A DNA stretch of 64,000 nt from an uncultured Gammaproteobacteria bacterium (lineage in GTDB: Bacteria > Patescibacteriota > Microgenomatia > JAMCZE01). Shown piece after piece: positions 47,242-57,071 of the stretch. Within the stretch, counting starts at the first letter, position 1. Every line of letters starts with the position of its first letter. Where the stretch lies: the NCBI GenBank assembly GCA_964576435.1, contig CAZNUP010000002.1, positions 183,182 through 247,181 on the forward strand, in the 5' to 3' direction. The notes beneath the pieces were generated by a model that searched no databases, was not told the origin of the DNA, and saw nothing but the letters and a program-made list of their open reading frames with translations. Position numbers and translations under genes: made by a program.

Positions 47242-48495
47242 GTGAAAGAAAACGCCTTTGTTAGAGTTCTCCATATTCAGGCTTTTAGGAACTTGTGGTT
47301 GTCACAGGTTTTTTCTCAAGTTTTTTTGAATCTTTTGTTTTTTACCCTCATTATTCGCGTTTATGAACTAACAAGAAGCAACACTGCAGTTTCAATCATG
47401 GTTGTTATGACAATTCTCCCCAATATTTTAATTGGAGCATTGGCAGGTGTTTTAGTTGATAGGTGGGATAGGAAAGCGGTAATGTTCTTCTCACATTTTT
47501 TGAGAGCGATGGTGGTTTTACTGTTTTTAGTTTCTTCAGAAAGCCTTGCTTGGATTTATATTCTAGCTGCGCTTGTGGGAATTATTACTCAATTCTTCTT
47601 CCCAGCTGAAGGAGCGACGATACCTGAAGTTGTTAAAGACAAAAAGTTATTACTTTCTGCAAATAGTCTATTTACACTTACGTTTTTTGCTTCAGTTGTT
47701 GTGGGGAATGTTCTTGCTGGGCCATTTTTAAAAACATTTGGAGCGCATACCACATTTCTAATTGTTGCAGGGGCTTTTTTGGTGGCATCAATTTTTACAT
47801 CCAGACTTCCTGGTCTTAGTGTTTGGAAGGGATTTTTAAAGAGCAAAAGAGATGGACTTGGAACTGGGCTTTTGCAGAATTTTATGGAGGGACTCGATTA
47901 TATTCACAGACACGAAGTTGTTAGACATGGAATTTATTTCATGGCTTTGGGACAGGGAATGCTTGCAATTTTAGGCGCAATTGCTCCAGGGTTTGCGGAT
48001 AGGGTGCTTGGACTGGAAGTGGCACAGGTTTCAATTTATATTATGGCGCCGGCTGCTTTTGGAATGATTGTCGGAGGGGGAATTCTGGGTCAATTTTTTG
48101 GAGGAGCAAATAAAATGAAACTTATTAAAATCGGGGTGTTTGGTGCTTCTTTGGCGCTTGTTGTCTTTTCTCAAGTGGATAGGTTCGGGATTTTATTTCA
48201 TACACCAATACTTCTCTCAGCAACAATTTTCTTAATCTGTTTAGGGATTGCTAATTCGATGGTGGAAATTCCAGTCAATACGCTTATTCAAGAAAATACA
48301 GAAGAGGTGGTTCGAAGCAGAGTATACGGTGTTATTGCTACAATAAGTGGTACGGCAGCAATTCTACCTGTTATTGGGGCTGGTACTATTGCTGATTTTT
48401 TTGGAGTCAGAGCAGTTATGTTCTTTTCCGGATTTGTCCTAGTCGGACTAGGGCTTATTGGATTTAAAAAATCAAATGTTTCCAGTCATTCTTAA
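47242..48495 (+). CDS. MFS transporter
   Basis: FRNLWLSQ, GVLVDRWDRK; GTG after TATAAT. Confidence 0.92.
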   Translation: MKENAFVRVLHIQAFRNLWLSQVFSQVFLNLLFFTLIIRVYELTRSNTAVSIMVVMTILPNILIGALAGVLVDRWDRKAVMFFSHFLRAMVVLLFLVSSESLAWIYILAALVGIITQFFFPAEGATIPEVVKDKKLLLSANSLFTLTFFASVVVGNVLAGPFLKTFGAHTTFLIVAGAFLVASIFTSRLPGLSVWKGFLKSKRDGLGTGLLQNFMEGLDYIHRHEVVRHGIYFMALGQGMLAILGAIAPGFADRVLGLEVAQVSIYIMAPAAFGMIVGGGILGQFFGGANKMKLIKIGVFGASLALVVFSQVDRFGILFHTPILLSATIFLICLGIANSMVEIPVNTLIQENTEEVVRSRVYGVIATISGTAAILPVIGAGTIADFFGVRAVMFFSGFVLVGLGLIGFKKSNVSSHS

Positions 48496-49264
48496 TGCCG
48501 GCCCAGTTACAATAAAATCTTTTGGTGTGCTTTTGTGCATCGCTTTTTTGGCATGTCTTTTCGTTGTTTGGAAAAGAACAAGGGAAGAGGGACTTCCAGA
48601 GGAAAGTGTTTTGGATATGTTTTTTTTATCGACTGGTGCCTTTATTTTATTTGGAAGACTGGGGTTTGTATTTTCAAACTGGCAAATATTTCAGGAAGAC
48701 ATAGGAAGAATTATTCTCCTTTTTAGGTACCCCGGTATTTCATTTGAATGGGGGCTAATTTTTGCTAGTTTGGTTATTTTTGGTCTTTCCCGACTGTTTA
48801 CTTTATCAGCACTTTTAATATTTGATATTGTTTTTCTTGGACTTACCTTGGCATCAGCTTTTTGGTTCTTGGGATGTTTTCTGGATGGATGCTATAGCAA
48901 CCCATCAGTTTCACTTGGAATGACAGTTAGTTATTTGGCTTTGTATTTTATTTTGAGATTAGCTATTAGCCGGATCAAGAAGTCTCCCGATTTGCATATT
49001 TTGTCCAAGAAACCCGGATTTATTGCGCTTTGCTACTTGATTTTTACCTCTGTTTCTTTTTTAATTTGCTCGTACGTTCTTAGACTACCACTTCCAAAAA
49101 TTGCCATTTTGGTTTTAGTGTTGTCTACAGGATCGTTCCTTTTTAGATATTTTGAATTTTTGAAAGGAGTCCAGTGGTCAAGTTTCCCAAAAGCGTTTTA
49201 TCACAAGTCGGTGGATACCTTGAGGAAAGGAAAAGGGCTCTTGAAAAGAAAATTTCTGACTTAA
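48476..49264 (+). CDS. Lgt-like membrane protein (degenerate)
   Basis: MFPVIL..GPVTIKSFG, GRLGFV, LGCFLDG. Confidence 0.7.
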   Translation: MFPVILNAGPVTIKSFGVLLCIAFLACLFVVWKRTREEGLPEESVLDMFFLSTGAFILFGRLGFVFSNWQIFQEDIGRIILLFRYPGISFEWGLIFASLVIFGLSRLFTLSALLIFDIVFLGLTLASAFWFLGCFLDGCYSNPSVSLGMTVSYLALYFILRLAISRIKKSPDLHILSKKPGFIALCYLIFTSVSFLICSYVLRLPLPKIAILVLVLSTGSFLFRYFEFLKGVQWSSFPKAFYHKSVDTLRKGKGLLKRKFLT

Positions 49265-49536
49265 AAAAGGAAGATCCCTTTTCTGATAAGACAAGACTCC
49301 TTGACCAAGCTAGTGACGATTCTGAAGCTCAAAACAAAGCGGAGCACGAAAGAGTTACTGCTCTTCATAGACAACTTAGCATAGCTCTAATTGAAACCAA
49401 AAAGGCTTTGACTAAGATAAAGATTGGAAAATATGGTATTTGTGAGAACTGTGGCAAAATGATTGATACTGACAGATTGGCAGCTATGCCAACTGCTAGG
49501 CTTTGTGTCACTTGCGAGAAAAAGCGTGAACGTTAA
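49174..49536 (+). CDS. DksA/TraR C4 zinc-finger protein
   Basis: YGICENCG...RLAAMP...CVTC. Confidence 0.92.
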   Translation: MVKFPKSVLSQVGGYLEERKRALEKKISDLKKEDPFSDKTRLLDQASDDSEAQNKAEHERVTALHRQLSIALIETKKALTKIKIGKYGICENCGKMIDTDRLAAMPTARLCVTCEKKRER

Positions 49537-50206
49537 CCCTCAAATTATCTTCGAAGACGAGTCAATGTTAGTTATTGATAAACCTTATGGCGTGGTGGTG
49601 AATAAAGCTGACACAACCGCTGGTTTTGAAACTATCCAAGATTGGGCGGAAACCAAAGTTTCAAAAGACGCTTTTGATGAAGAATTTAATAGCCGGGGAG
49701 GGATTGTTCATAGACTTGATAAAGATACTTCTGGTGTTTTAGTTATTGCAAAAACTTCCGAAGCATTTCAAAAACTAAAAAGCCAATTTAAAGAGAGGGA
49801 AACTGGGAAAAAATATATTACTCTTGTTCACGGGATTTTGGAATCTCCGGTTGGGACAATTGATGCCCCAATTGAAAGAAGTCCATTTAATAGGATGCAT
49901 TTTGGGGTTTTTCCTGGGGGTAGGGAAGCGCAAACTGATTACAAAGTTATTCAAAAATTTAAAGAATATTCCTTGGTTGAAGTTAAGCCTAAGACTGGCA
50001 GGACGCACCAAATTAGAGTGCATATGAAATATATTGGTCATCCAATTGTTTCTGATCCAATTTATGGAGGAAGAAAACAAAGTAAAAAAGATCTTGAAGT
50101 GTCTCCTAGATTGTTTTTACACGCTGCAGAACTCGAAATTCTAGGTAAAAAATACGAAGCCCCACTTCCTTCCGATTTGCAGCAAGTCTTGGATTTGTTA
50201 TCATGA
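49526..50206 (+). CDS. RluA family pseudouridine synthase
   Basis: HRLDKDTSG, GRTHQIRVH, LFLHA. Confidence 0.95.
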   Translation: MNVNPQIIFEDESMLVIDKPYGVVVNKADTTAGFETIQDWAETKVSKDAFDEEFNSRGGIVHRLDKDTSGVLVIAKTSEAFQKLKSQFKERETGKKYITLVHGILESPVGTIDAPIERSPFNRMHFGVFPGGREAQTDYKVIQKFKEYSLVEVKPKTGRTHQIRVHMKYIGHPIVSDPIYGGRKQSKKDLEVSPRLFLHAAELEILGKKYEAPLPSDLQQVLDLLS

Positions 50207-50207
50207 T

Positions 50208-51893
50208 TTGATGCACGAGATCTATCTTCTGACTCTAATTCTTACACTTGCCGCGGCACTGGCGATTTTTACTAAAAGATTAGGGCTCCCTCTTCTCGTT
50301 TCCTATATTGCTGTCGGGGCAGCACTGTCGGCGTTTCATATTATAAAGCCTGAACAGCTGGAGTTTTTGGCAATTCTTCCTGAAATTGGTTTGGCGCTTC
50401 TTCTTTTTCTTGTGGGGATGGAACTTGATTTATCTGAATTTAAAGCTATTGGTAAAAAGGTAGTTTTAGTTACTTTAGGGCAAGTCCTTATAACATCAAC
50501 AATTGTATATTTAGGGCTTACTTTTTTTGCGGGCGTTTCTTCTGTTGCGGCAATAATCCTTGCTGTAGCACTGTCATTTAGTAGCACGATTTTGGTTATT
50601 AAGCTTCTTATTGAAGAAAAAGAGCTTACTTCACTTCATGGGAAACTGTCGGTTGGAATTCTTCTTGTGGAAGACCTTATTGCTGTTCTTCTTCTTATGA
50701 TGATGACGGTGGTTTTTGGAGGACAGGGGGGATTTGGTTCAACTGAACTTATTCTTGTTTTAGTTAAGGGAATGCTTCTAATTGCATTTGCGATTTTTGC
50801 AGGCAAAAAACTTTTGCCAGCAATCTTTAAACTGACAGCTGACTCAACAGAACTCTTATTTTTAGCAGGAATTTCTTGGTGTTTAATTTTTGTAACAATT
50901 GCTTCACTTCTTAATTTCTCCTTGGCAATTGGTGCGTTCTTGGCTGGCGTCTCACTGGCTCAGTCGGTTTATAGACTTCAGATTTCAGGAAAAATAAAAC
51001 CACTTAGAGATTTCTTTATTATGATTTTCTTCTTGGATCTTGGAACCGGACTTTCCATTAGTGGACTTGGAACTTATTTGTTTATGGGACTAGCATTTCT
51101 TGTTTATGCTGTCGCAATTAAGCCAATAGTTTTTTATGTACTATTTACACTTTGTAAGTTTAGATTAAGACCAGCATTTGAAACTGGTGTTTACATTTCG
51201 TCGATTTCAGAATTTTCTTTAATTGTTTTAGTGTCAGCAAGTAAACTTGGAATAATTGATAAAACTTATTTGTCTCCTTTAATTTTTGCTACTGTGTTTT
51301 CATTTATTTTTTCGTCACTTCTTGTAACTCATAAGAAAGGGTTGTTTGCAAAGCTTGGTGGCGTTTTGAAGAAATTTGAAAGAGGGGCAGCGGAGAACTT
51401 GGAAGGCGGGACACACGAACTAACAGATCATGCGGTTTTAATTGGTTGTCATAGAAGTGGAGAAATAATTCTTCAAAAACTTCAGAAGATTTACGATAAA
51501 AATGTTTTAGTCTTGGATTTTAATCCGGATGTTGTTCAAAAACTTAAAAGTGAGGGAGTGGCTGCAGTTTATGGCGATGCATCTGATCTTGAGATTTTGG
51601 AGGGACTTAGACTTGGTGAAGCTAAGGTCATAGTTTCAACTGTTCGTGATTTTAAAGACAATTTGGTTCTTCTTGATACCATTTTGAAGGAAAAATCCAA
51701 GGCAACGGTTATAATTACGGCAGAGGATGCTAAAAGTGCACTGGTCCTTTACGAAAAGGGTGCGCATTATGTTTCGCTTCCCATGAATTTGGAAGGTAGA
51801 CATATTAGCCAACTTATCTCGACTGATCTTAAAAAAGAAAAGGCAGAGAGACTGGAGGAATTAGAACATGCCGAAATTCATCGCGAAAAATGA
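50208..51893 (+). CDS. CPA2 cation:proton antiporter with TrkA-N domain
   Basis: FLVGMEL, SFSST, VEDL, GAFLAG, YGDA. Confidence 0.93.
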   Translation: MMHEIYLLTLILTLAAALAIFTKRLGLPLLVSYIAVGAALSAFHIIKPEQLEFLAILPEIGLALLLFLVGMELDLSEFKAIGKKVVLVTLGQVLITSTIVYLGLTFFAGVSSVAAIILAVALSFSSTILVIKLLIEEKELTSLHGKLSVGILLVEDLIAVLLLMMMTVVFGGQGGFGSTELILVLVKGMLLIAFAIFAGKKLLPAIFKLTADSTELLFLAGISWCLIFVTIASLLNFSLAIGAFLAGVSLAQSVYRLQISGKIKPLRDFFIMIFFLDLGTGLSISGLGTYLFMGLAFLVYAVAIKPIVFYVLFTLCKFRLRPAFETGVYISSISEFSLIVLVSASKLGIIDKTYLSPLIFATVFSFIFSSLLVTHKKGLFAKLGGVLKKFERGAAENLEGGTHELTDHAVLIGCHRSGEIILQKLQKIYDKNVLVLDFNPDVVQKLKSEGVAAVYGDASDLEILEGLRLGEAKVIVSTVRDFKDNLVLLDTILKEKSKATVIITAEDAKSALVLYEKGAHYVSLPMNLEGRHISQLISTDLKKEKAERLEELEHAEIHREK

Positions 51894-52188
51894 TCCTTTC
51901 AAATGTGAACACTGTGGATTTGATGTTCCCCCAATAGTTTATGGTGGGTCTTACAGAAATCATTGTCCCAATTGTTTGTGGAGTAAACATGTTGATAGCG
52001 ATGTTCCTGGAGACCGTGCAAACGCCTGTAAGGGTCTTATGGAGCCCATTGGTGTCCAAACGAGAAGAACCGGGGAATATGTTCTTGTACACAAATGTGT
52101 GGCTTGTGGGTTCGAAAGGTTGAACAGATTAGCTGGGGATGATAATATCGAGCTAGTTACAGAGATATCAGGCCGCCCTATTAAATAA
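51868..52188 (+). CDS. RNHCP domain protein
   Basis: YRNHCPNCLWSKHVD. Confidence 0.95.
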   Translation: MPKFIAKNDPFKCEHCGFDVPPIVYGGSYRNHCPNCLWSKHVDSDVPGDRANACKGLMEPIGVQTRRTGEYVLVHKCVACGFERLNRLAGDDNIELVTEISGRPIK

Positions 52189-52195
52189 ATCAAAT

Positions 52196-52402
52196 ATGAA
52201 GCACTCATCTGAGATAGTAAACAGACCAAAACTTAGGCGCCTAAAAATATTTGCGCTCTTTTTCCCTCTTACTGGAGTTCCAGTCATTATGGCCGATACC
52301 ATAGATAAAGGATTTAGACGGTTTCTCGATGATTATATTCAAACTGAAACACAGATTTCGATGCTAAGAATGTCTGACAATAACTCTAAATCTTCTAGAT
52401 AA
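52196..52402 (+). CDS. Small hypothetical protein
   Basis: 68-aa ORF filling the gap. Confidence 0.45.
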   Translation: MKHSSEIVNRPKLRRLKIFALFFPLTGVPVIMADTIDKGFRRFLDDYIQTETQISMLRMSDNNSKSSR

Positions 52403-52405
52403 ACC

Positions 52406-53590
52406 GTGACCAAGTTCCAAGTAACTGCATTGGATGGTAAAGCGCGAAATGGAAAATTAATTACGCCAAGGGGGGAAGTTTTAACTCCGGTTTATCTTCC
52501 TGTGGGAACTCAAGCAACTGTAAAAGCAGTTACTCCTGAACAAGTTAAAGCGATTGGTGCGGAGATGATTCTTTCAAATACATATCACTTATATCTTCGT
52601 CCTGGAGCTGATACGGTTTTTGAACTTGGAGGTCTTCATAAGTTTATGAATTGGGATAGGCCAATTCTTACAGATTCTGGTGGTTTCCAAGTTTTCTCCC
52701 TTGGGTTTGGGGTAGAACACCAAGTAGGAAAAATATTTAGAGCAGGGGAGGAAGATCTGGTTCTTGGAGATTTTGAATCTAAAGATGTGGTTGTTCGGAC
52801 CAAACTCTGTAAAGTGGAAGAAGAAGGGCCAACTTTTCAGTCTCATATAGATGGCTCAGTGCATTTCTTTTCTCCGGAAGTGTCAGTTGATGTTCAAGTT
52901 AAACTGGGGTCGGACTTTATAGTGGCCCTTGATGAATGTACTTCACCCCTTCATGACTATGATTACACAAAAAATTCAATGGAAAGATCTCATAGATGGG
53001 AAAAGAGATCTTTAGAAGCTGCCCCAGAACATAACATGTTTGGAGTTATTCAAGGCGGACCGTTTGAAGATTTAAGGATTGAGTCGACAAAGTTTGTTTC
53101 CAAAAACGATTTCTTTGGAGTAGGAATTGGTGGAGCCTTAGTTTCTAGACAGAAGATGGTAGAGATTTTGGATTGGATTTATCCACATCTTGATTCCTCT
53201 AAACCTCGTCATCTTTTAGGAATTGGAACCGTTCCTGATATCTTTCTTGCAGTGGAACGGGGAGTTGATATGTTTGATTGTGTAGCACCAACAAGAATAG
53301 CTAGGAACGGTAGGCTTCTTGTGAGACGCGGGCATATTGATATTACAAAAGCTGAGTTTAGGGCGGATCCTTCACCAATTGAATTTGATTGCGACTGCTA
53401 TACTTGTCAAAATTACTCCCGAGCTTACGTACATCAACTTTTCAAAGCTCATGAACTTTTGGCCTATACACTTTCGACGATACATAATTTAAGATTTATG
53501 AGTAGGTTAATGAGTCTTATTCGGGAATCTATTAATGAAGGTCGTTTTTTGAAGCTAAAGGCAGAATGGCTTCAGGATTATGAAACATAA
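52406..53590 (+). CDS. tgt: tRNA-guanine transglycosylase
   Basis: PVGT, NTYHL, TDSGGFQ, FDCV, CDCYTC, HN. Confidence 0.96.
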   Translation: MTKFQVTALDGKARNGKLITPRGEVLTPVYLPVGTQATVKAVTPEQVKAIGAEMILSNTYHLYLRPGADTVFELGGLHKFMNWDRPILTDSGGFQVFSLGFGVEHQVGKIFRAGEEDLVLGDFESKDVVVRTKLCKVEEEGPTFQSHIDGSVHFFSPEVSVDVQVKLGSDFIVALDECTSPLHDYDYTKNSMERSHRWEKRSLEAAPEHNMFGVIQGGPFEDLRIESTKFVSKNDFFGVGIGGALVSRQKMVEILDWIYPHLDSSKPRHLLGIGTVPDIFLAVERGVDMFDCVAPTRIARNGRLLVRRGHIDITKAEFRADPSPIEFDCDCYTCQNYSRAYVHQLFKAHELLAYTLSTIHNLRFMSRLMSLIRESINEGRFLKLKAEWLQDYET

Positions 53591-54524
53591 AAGAAAGCGG
53601 TCGTCTTCTGGTGGTGGACTTGGTGGAATCTTTAAACTCATTATTATTCTCCTAATTCTTGGGGGCCTGGGAGTATTTCTTGCTAAATTTGCTCCAGTTA
53701 TGCTTGCTGGGAAATTTAGCAGCAGTGAAAGATTTAATTTAGTGGTAACTTCTCCTGAAAAGACGGCATTCTTATCGCTTGATCCGGATTCTAAAAAAGC
53801 AACGATTATTGACTTTCCAACTGATCTTTATATTACTGATGTTGCTCATGGATATGGACAATACCCATTGTCTAAAGTTTATGAAGTAGGGGAACTTGAT
53901 AAACGAGGCGGCACAGTGTTGTCAGATACCGTCTCTACATATCTTGGGGTTCCTGTTAATGGATATATAAGGCTTGCTGGTTTTTCGCCGCAAAATTTGA
54001 AGGCCAGTATTGTGTCTCCGGGATTTATTCTTAACCCAAATTCTAATGTGAATTTGTGGGATAGATTTCTTCTCGCTAAAGAGTTTTTCAATTTGAGGTT
54101 TGACCGAATTAAAACCATTGGACTTTCTAAAAGAACTGAACCTTTGATGCTCGCAGATGGGTCAACTGTAAAAGTTTTTTTAGAAGAAGATTTGGATAAT
54201 ATTTTAGGTGGGGTGTTTGCTGAGGAGCCGATTTTAAAAGAGGGAATGAGAGTGCAAATTATAAATACGACTGAAACTCCTGGTCTTGGTAATGCTTTTG
54301 CGAGAATAATTTCAAGTATTGGGGCGGTTGTAATTGATGTGACAACATCGGAACAAAATTTTGCGGGATGCAAAATTGAAGCCAGTGAGAAAATGTTGAA
54401 ATCTAAGACAGTTTCAAGAATCTCTGAAATTATGGGTTGCCAAACTAAGAAAAATGATGACACAGGAAGAGCGGATGTCATAGTTTATCTGGGGCAAGAC
54501 CAAGCTAAACTTTTCATGGATTAG
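53580..54524 (+). CDS. LCP-like protein with LytR C-terminal domain
   Basis: TM; LGVPVNGYI; C-terminal 'VQIINTT..PGLG...DVIVYLGQD'. Confidence 0.75.
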   Translation: MKHKRKRSSSGGGLGGIFKLIIILLILGGLGVFLAKFAPVMLAGKFSSSERFNLVVTSPEKTAFLSLDPDSKKATIIDFPTDLYITDVAHGYGQYPLSKVYEVGELDKRGGTVLSDTVSTYLGVPVNGYIRLAGFSPQNLKASIVSPGFILNPNSNVNLWDRFLLAKEFFNLRFDRIKTIGLSKRTEPLMLADGSTVKVFLEEDLDNILGGVFAEEPILKEGMRVQIINTTETPGLGNAFARIISSIGAVVIDVTTSEQNFAGCKIEASEKMLKSKTVSRISEIMGCQTKKNDDTGRADVIVYLGQDQAKLFMD

Positions 54525-54541
54525 CTGTTAAAATCCTCCTT

Positions 54542-54712
54542 ATGTTTGAAGGTGTTCAGTTTTGGCAGGTACTTGTAGGGATTTTTGTGGCTTCTATACT
54601 TCTTGCTTGGTGGTCGATGAGAGAGATAAAAGCTCCAAGGGATTTTTATCCTAAAATTGAGAACAAGGTAAAGAAGCTTCTTTCTGGAATAATCTATTTA
54701 CCAAAAGCCTAA
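54542..54712 (+). CDS. 56-aa single-TM protein (not in the ORF track)
   Basis: MFEGVQFWQVLVGIFVASILLAWWSMRE...; TAAAAT upstream; fills the gap. Confidence 0.65.
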   Translation: MFEGVQFWQVLVGIFVASILLAWWSMREIKAPRDFYPKIENKVKKLLSGIIYLPKA

Positions 54713-54714
54713 AT

Positions 54715-55500
54715 TTAATTTTCCTCTGGCATTTCATCTTGATGGAGTTTTTCTGCCTTTTTGAATGATGCTTCGTCTTCGTCGTCACCACTATCTTCAT
54801 CTGTTGCTTCTTTTTCAGTGTCGTCGACATGATTGTCGTCTCTGACAAAACTTAGATAGTCGGTTGAGCCACTTGGGAAAGAGGGAGTGTTTTTGAATTT
54901 CTTAGATCTAACCCTTTCTCTTATGAAAAGGACTAGGCTACCTTTTCCAACGGATCTAACAAAAGCTTCGTATTCGTTTCCACCTTTAATTAGAACAAGA
55001 ATTCGGTGTCCTAGGTCGTCTGGGAGGGCACCGAGATAGACTCCATCAGCTCTTTCAGCAAAGATGGTATGTCTTTTGGCTGTCAGACTTACGTGATCGG
55101 TGCATTGTAAGGTTAGAAGCACTTTTGCAGGTGCGACATTAACTAGAGTGATCATCTTAGTTTTGCCTGGTTCTTCAAGGAAGCTAATGGTTGGGGACTG
55201 GGGACGGTTTGGTGTTTCATCAGTTTTGCCTTTTTGTTTAGTTTTAGGAGCACTTGTTTCATTAGCACGAAGGAGGTTTTTAGTAGCGATTGGATCGTAT
55301 TTATTAACTTTCAATACCTCTTTAAAGTATGTGGCCGCCTTTTTGTTGTTGCCAAGCTCTAAATATGCCCTACCTAATCTATTTAGACAGTCGAGATCAG
55401 TGGGATCATCTTTTAGGATTTCTGTATTTAAATCGACAGCCCTTTGCCAATTTTGGGCAAGAGCCGCGTCAATTGCTGCCTGTGTTTTTTGTTCGAACAT
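54715..55500 (-). CDS. TPR repeat protein with acidic tail
   Basis: N-terminal TPRs, FLEEPGKTK. Confidence 0.85.
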   Translation of the reverse strand: MFEQKTQAAIDAALAQNWQRAVDLNTEILKDDPTDLDCLNRLGRAYLELGNNKKAATYFKEVLKVNKYDPIATKNLLRANETSAPKTKQKGKTDETPNRPQSPTISFLEEPGKTKMITLVNVAPAKVLLTLQCTDHVSLTAKRHTIFAERADGVYLGALPDDLGHRILVLIKGGNEYEAFVRSVGKGSLVLFIRERVRSKKFKNTPSFPSGSTDYLSFVRDDNHVDDTEKEATDEDSGDDEDEASFKKAEKLHQDEMPEEN

Positions 55501-55532
55501 TAGTTGACAATTATATAGTAAAATACCTGTAA

Positions 55533-56219
55533 ATGTCAGGACATTCTAAATGGTCCACTATTAAAAGGCAAAAGGGGGTTACTGACGCTAAAAGGGGTAA
55601 CCTCTTTACAAAGCTTTCAAACGCTATAACAATAGCAGTTCGTGAGGGTGGTGGCGGAGATCCAAGTTCAAACTTCAGATTAAGACTTGCCATGGATAAA
55701 GCCCGTGAGGCTAATATGCCTAAAGAGAATATTCAGAGGGCAATTGATAAAGGAACTGGTAAGGGTGGAGCAGTTGAGCTGTCAACAGCGATTTATGAAG
55801 GCTTTGCTCCTGGGAATGTGGCAGTTATTGTCGAAACTATTACTGACAATACAAATAGGACAGGAGGGGAAATTAGAACTATCTTTGATAAGAATGGTGG
55901 CAGGATTGCTTCAGTTAACTATATGTTTACCAGGGTTGGGGAGATTGAAGTAACTGGAGATGAAGTATTTGAAAAAGCACTGGAGGCTGGGGCAGAAGAT
56001 GTTGAAGAAAATATTGTTTATACAAGACCAGAAGATCTTCACAAAGTGAAAGAAAAACTTGAAGCCTCAGGACTTACTGTCACACAAGCAGGATTAATTT
56101 TCAAACCCAATAAAGAGACCATGATTACACTTGATGATGAAAATGGTGAAAAAGTGATGTCCTTTGTAGAAAAAATTGAAGAAATGGATGATGTACAAAA
56201 TGTATTTGTAAATATTTAA
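55533..56219 (+). CDS. yebC: YebC/PmpR family protein
   Basis: MSGHSKWSTIK, NMPKENI, TDNTNRT, DDVQNV. Confidence 0.97.
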   Translation: MSGHSKWSTIKRQKGVTDAKRGNLFTKLSNAITIAVREGGGGDPSSNFRLRLAMDKAREANMPKENIQRAIDKGTGKGGAVELSTAIYEGFAPGNVAVIVETITDNTNRTGGEIRTIFDKNGGRIASVNYMFTRVGEIEVTGDEVFEKALEAGAEDVEENIVYTRPEDLHKVKEKLEASGLTVTQAGLIFKPNKETMITLDDENGEKVMSFVEKIEEMDDVQNVFVNI

Positions 56220-56223
56220 ATAT

Positions 56224-56517
56224 ATGCTTGGTGTTCCAGAAAATTCGCAACCTTATTATGGTGGAGATGGTGGTATAGCGAAGGATATACCAGAGGGGCA
56301 ATTGGAAGCGAAATTAAGAAAGATGGTGGAGAAGGCAGGAGGAGACCCAGATAAAGTATTAGGAAAGATTGTGCAAGGCAATAATCCACCCCAACCCCCT
56401 TTGTTCCCACTAGAAAGTGTTGGTGGTAAACCAGATGATAGTTCTTCAGAACTGACCCCTGATGATATTAGGAGATTAGGTCGAGAAGGTGTAAGCAGGA
56501 CAAAAGCGTTGGAATAA
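56224..56517 (+). CDS. Hypothetical protein between yebC and ruvC
   Basis: 97-aa G/P-rich ORF filling the gap. Confidence 0.6.
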   Translation: MLGVPENSQPYYGGDGGIAKDIPEGQLEAKLRKMVEKAGGDPDKVLGKIVQGNNPPQPPLFPLESVGGKPDDSSSELTPDDIRRLGREGVSRTKALE

Positions 56518-56519
56518 AT

Positions 56520-57071
56520 ATGCTAATTCTTGGAATAGACCCCGGCACAGCACGACTAGGAATTGGGCTCATTGAGACCACTTCTGATGGCGATGGAAAA
56601 CCAAATAGTATGAAATATATTTATGCTAATTGCTTGGAAACAAGTATGGATTCCACTCCGGGAGATCGGCTTTTTTATCTTGAAGAAGAACTAGCTAAGA
56701 TAGTTTCTGAATATAAACCTGATGTCGCCTGTGTTGAAATGCTTTTTTTTGGAATTAACGCCCGGACTGCAATTGCTGTTGGGCAGGCGAGGGGGGTAAT
56801 CCTTGCAACTCTTGCTAAATATAAGATTCCACAAATTGATTACCAGGGGCTTTCTGTAAAATTTGCGGTTACTGGTTTTGGGAAAAGTGACAAGAAACAA
56901 ATGCAGGAAGCAGTTCGAGTTCATCTTGGGATGAAAGAGGTTGTTAAACCTGATGATGCTGCTGATGGACTTGCACTTGCTATTACCCACTATATTAAAC
57001 TTAAGAATGGCGATCAGCCAAAGGCGAAGCCTAAGGCAAAACCAAAGAAAGCCAAGAAGAAGAAAAAGTGA
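56520..57071 (+). CDS. ruvC: Holliday junction resolvase
   Basis: LGIDPG, E..FF, GQARG, PDDAADGLA. Confidence 0.96.
   Translation: MLILGIDPGTARLGIGLIETTSDGDGKPNSMKYIYANCLETSMDSTPGDRLFYLEEELAKIVSEYKPDVACVEMLFFGINARTAIAVGQARGVILATLAKYKIPQIDYQGLSVKFAVTGFGKSDKKQMQEAVRVHLGMKEVVKPDDAADGLALAITHYIKLKNGDQPKAKPKAKPKKAKKKKK

Noticed and set aside
53879-54481. 200-aa antisense ORF and other nested ORFs of 60-150 aa in the track
   Set aside because: They are shadows of well-supported genes and carry no motifs.
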